Part shown: positions 60,528 through 64,000 of the stretch, piece by piece
Numbering within the stretch: the first letter of the stretch is position 1
Layout of the letters: every line of letters begins with the position of its first letter
Origin: Rhynchobatus australiae
Lineage: Eukaryota
DNA length: 64,000 nucleotides
Direction of reading: 5' to 3'
Assembly: GCA_034780895.1 (NCBI GenBank)
Contig: JAUZTB010000070.1
Span: 12,025,419-12,089,418 of the forward strand
Made by a program: the position numbers and the translations under genes
Notes under the pieces: generated by a model
What the model was told of the DNA's origin: nothing
What the model saw: only the letters and a program-made list of their open reading frames with translations
Database searches by the model: none

Positions 60528-61399
60528 NNNNNNNNNNNNNNNNNNNNNNNNNNNNNNNNNNNNNNNNNNNNNNNNNNNNNNNNNNNNNNNNNNNNNNNNN
60601 NNNNNNNNNNNNNNNNNNNNNNNNNNNNNNNNNNNNNNNNNNNNNNNNNNNNNNNNNNNNNNNNNNNNNNNNNNNNNNNNNNNNNNNNNNNNNNNNNNNN
60701 NNNNNNNNNNNNNNNNNNNNNNNNNNNNNNNNNNNNNNNNNNNNNNNNNNNNNNNNNNNNNNNNNNNNNNNNNNNNNNNNNNNNNNNNNNNNNNNNNNNN
60801 NNNNNNNNNNNNNNNNNNNNNNNNNNNNNNNNNNNNNNNNNNNNNNNNNNNNNNNNNNNNNNNNNNNNNNNNNNNNNNNNNNNNNNNNNNNNNNNNNNNN
60901 NNNNNNNNNNNNNNNNNNNNNNNNNNNNNNNNNNNNNNNNNNNNNNNNNNNNNNNNNNNNNNNNNNNNNNNNNNNNNNNNNNNNNNNNNNNNNNNNNNNN
61001 NNNNNNNNNNNNCTCTGGCTGGTCTACAGTAACCCAAGTGAGGGCACTTTCTGATCAGTAGTTCTATGGAGAGAAGCATTAGATATTTTTGAATCCACCC
61101 ACTCCTATCCCCAGCCCCAACTTCCTGGTATCTTTCAGATATAAACTTGGAAAGTAGATTACAATATGAAGAACTCAGCTGCAGGCAAGGATTTCATAAC
61201 TAAGCACAAACAACCACTCACCCAACAGCACAAATAGCAGAGGTGTTTTTGACCAGGAATCCTGCTTGTTCTGTCATTCTTAATCCATGTTTACTTTAGC
61301 TTCCCACCCACTTCTGCCTCCTCAGTTGAAGTCAAGACCAGGAACCCAGGACCCCATCCTGACCTGGATAGAATCTCAAATGGCTTCATTGCTTTTACA

Positions 61400-62050
61400 C
61401 ATCAGGAATGGTTGCAATGCAGACCAAGGCTATTTGGCCCATTGAAGAAATACCAGGTTCATGCACTGAGACTATTCAGCCCTCCACATCCATACCAGTT
61501 CTATGTATATAGGCTATTTGGTCCATCGAGTCTGTACTGGCTCTACTTAAGAACATTTTGACTAGTCCCATTCCTACTCCTGCTTCTCACTTCCCTGCAA
61601 ATTCTTCCCCTTCAGATACTTATGCAGTTGCTTCTTAAATATTATAACTAAATCTACCCCCACGACTAGCTGGCAGTGAATTCCAGACCTTAAATACTCA
61701 CTGCTTAAAAAAGCTTATCCTCAAGTCACCTTGGTTTTTCAGAACAACCAAAAAAAGTAGATACAGGAGTAGGCCTTTTAGTTCCTCAAACCTGCTCTGC
61801 CATTCAATAAATGCAGGTGTAATATTCCATCTCACTGCCATATTCCCACTCTCTCCCCAAATCCCCTGATACCTTTTGTGTCAAGAAATCCATCTTCATC
61901 TTAAGTATATTCAGTGACTTGGCCTCCACCATCCTCTATGGTAGAAAAATCCACAAGTTCACCACCATCTGAATAAAGCAATTTCACCTCATCTCCATCC
62001 TAAATGTCTTGCAATTTATCCTGAGACTGTGACTCCTAGTTCTTGTCCCA
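61400..62050 (-). mobile_element. Stacked CR1-type 3' tail fragments
   Basis: ggctatttggtccatcgagtctg... and caggagtaggcc...cctgctctgccattcaataa are reverse-strand CR1 tails. Confidence 0.55.
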
Positions 62051-62061
62051 CCTTCCCCTTC

Positions 62062-62220
62062 CTGATGCTGGAATCTGGAGCAAAAAAACATCCTGCTGGA
62101 TGAACTCAGCTGTTTGCATCTGTTTGGAAGGGGTGGGCAGGGGGAAAGAAAATATCGATGCTTCAGTTTGAGACCCCGGCTACCTTCCCTCTCCACTCTC
62201 AGTCCTGATGCAGGGTCTTC
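62062..62220. mobile_element. Penelope-type terminal repeat (minus) followed by the start of an inverted copy
   Basis: gatgctggaatctggagcaaa...ctgctggatgaactcagc...tgagaccc, then ctctcagtcctgatgcagggtct. Confidence 0.65.
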
Positions 62221-62310
62221 TCAATAAATTCTGGTCCAAGAGAACAACCTCAGCTTCTCCAATCTATCCATGTCACTAAAGTCCCTCCTCTTGGAATCAC
62301 TTCAGTACAT

Positions 62311-62640
62311 CTCAGTCATTGCATGGAAACAGGCCCTTTGGCCCAGTGTCCGTGTCGACCATCAAGCATCCACTTATAGTAATCATCCACTAATCCCATT
62401 TTATACTCAAAAACATTCCCACATTTCTATCATCCACACAATAGGGAAAACTCAGTTGCCAGTTAGCCTACCAATGCACATGTCTTTGACGTGGGATGAA
62501 ACTGAAGCACCTGGCGAAAACCCAGGCAGTCATAGGGAGAAGCACAAACTCCACACAGACAGCAGCACCAGAGATCAAGATTGAACCCGGGTCACTGGAG
62601 CTGTGATAAAGCAGCTCGACTGGCTACACCACTGTGCTGC
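62311..62640 (-). mobile_element. HE1-like V-domain SINE with CR1-type tail
   Basis: The minus strand reads GCAGCACAGTGGTGTAGCC...GACCCGGGTTCAATC...GTCTGTGTGGAGTTTG, with tail TGGGCCAAAGGGCCTGTTTCCATGC. Confidence 0.8.
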
Positions 62641-64000
62641 TCTTCTCATCAATCCTCTGTTTCCTTTCAAAAGCTTGTTCTTCTTTCCCAGATGGCACCC
62701 AGAGATGGACACAAAATTCCACATAGCTTAATCAGCATTTTATAAAAGTTCTATAAAGGTTCATCATGACTTCCTTGCTCTTAACTCCATGTCTCCATTT
62801 ATAAAGCCCAGGTTATTGTGTCCTTCCTTATCCACTTTCAAACTGCACTGCAACTTTCAATGCACACGTAATCACAGACCTCTGTTCTGGTACTCATTAT
62901 AGAATTGTGCCTATAGTTTATATTGCCTCTTCTCATTCTTCCTCCTAAATGTAACATGACATTTCTCAGTATTAAGTTGCATCTGCCACCTACTTCCCCA
63001 TTGCAAAAGAGCATGCTTAGAGGGAATTCCTACCCCTCACAGTTTACTGTACCTCCAGGTTTTGTGTCACCTGTAAATTTGGAAATTGTGCCTTGCACAC
63101 TCAAATCTAAGGTGTTAATATATATTAAGAAAAGCAGTGGTCCCAGTACCCACCTTGAAGAACTACACTCTAATTCCCTCCAGTTCCACAAACAACTGTT
63201 GCACTCTGTTTCCTATTACTTGGGAAATTTTCTATCCATATTGCTGAACCTTTTGATCCATGACCTTCAATCTTGATGACAAGCTTACGAAGCAGCACTT
63301 CATCAAACACCTTTCGAATGTCAATATACACCATGTCAACTGCATTTCCCTCATCAATCCTCTGTTACCTCATCAAAAAGCTCTATCAAGTTAATATGTG
63401 GTTTGCCTTTAACAAATCCATGATGACTTTTTCTAATTAATCCACACATCCAAGTGGTTGCTACCTCTGTCCTTGTTTCTAGAACCTTCCTTGTTACTGA
63501 GGTGAAACTGACTAGTCTATAGTTTCTGGGACTTTCCTGACACTTTTCTGAACACGAGGTGTTCAGTCCCCAGTCCCCTTTCAGTCTTTCAGTCCCCAGG
63601 CTCTACCCGAAATGATAGATGTTTGGAAGATTATGGCCAGTGCCTCTGCAATTTCCTCCTCTACTCTCCCCAGCACATTAGGATGCTTCTCATCAGACAG
63701 TTAATATTTCTGGTATCTTCGTTATTAGTTTTTAGCCAAGCCAAAACCTCAACAAGATCTTGCTCTGCTGAGATTCCAGCAGCACCTTCATGCTTGGATG
63801 AGACTGATGTGAAGATGAGATGGATGAACTCATTTAGCGTTTCAGCCCTCCCCTCTGCCTCCATGAATAAATTTCATTTTCGATTTATGATCAACCCTGC
63901 CTCTCCTCTGTCAATTCTTTTTCTGTTCACATACTCATTAAATATTATTGGATTCCCTTATGTATGCTGGAAGTCTTTTCTCATACGCCTTTTTTTCCTC
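62641..64000 (-). mobile_element. Decayed CR1 LINE ORF2 fragment
   Basis: aaagcagtggtcccagtacc, atcaaacacctttcgaatgtcaatatacaccatgtcaactgc (reverse of the RT D.Y.DF.K.FD region) and gaggtgaaactgactagtctatagtt. Confidence 0.7.

Noticed and set aside
56885-64000. Fibrillin first coding exon or promoter
   Set aside because: No signal-peptide/furin-site exon or CpG island is visible. It probably lies beyond the window or in a gap.

Overview
Eukaryotic vertebrate DNA from a gapped draft assembly (13 N runs). The repeat content (HE1/V-SINEs, CR1, Rex1/Babar, Penelope, Deu-domain SINEs) points to a cartilaginous fish, probably a batoid; this is inference. The whole window lies inside one minus-strand fibrillin gene (FBN2-like; an FBN3 co-ortholog is not excluded). 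Five consecutive phase-compatible coding exons are visible: about 56802-56884 (donor hidden in an 11-N gap), 55732-55830, 43169-43264, 41810-41905 and 860-1057. They encode the N-terminal 4-Cys motif, EGF1-3 and hybrid domain 1. A 40.75-kb intron (1058-41809) and the other introns are filled with decayed retroelements, several degenerate minisatellites and a probable Tigger-like MITE. Most ORFs in the ORF track are spurious or are retroelement fragments. The most interesting unexplained structure is: (i) about 10 loci with Penelope terminal repeats, several retaining a minimal type-I hammerhead ribozyme core and about half arranged as short inverted pairs without coding sequence; (ii) a V-domain tRNA-SINE whose 3' stem-loop tail matches Rex1/Babar LINE tails rather than CR1; (iii) two short local templated duplications, one flanked by a 15-bp target duplication. 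No prokaryote-type system (CRISPR etc.) is supported.
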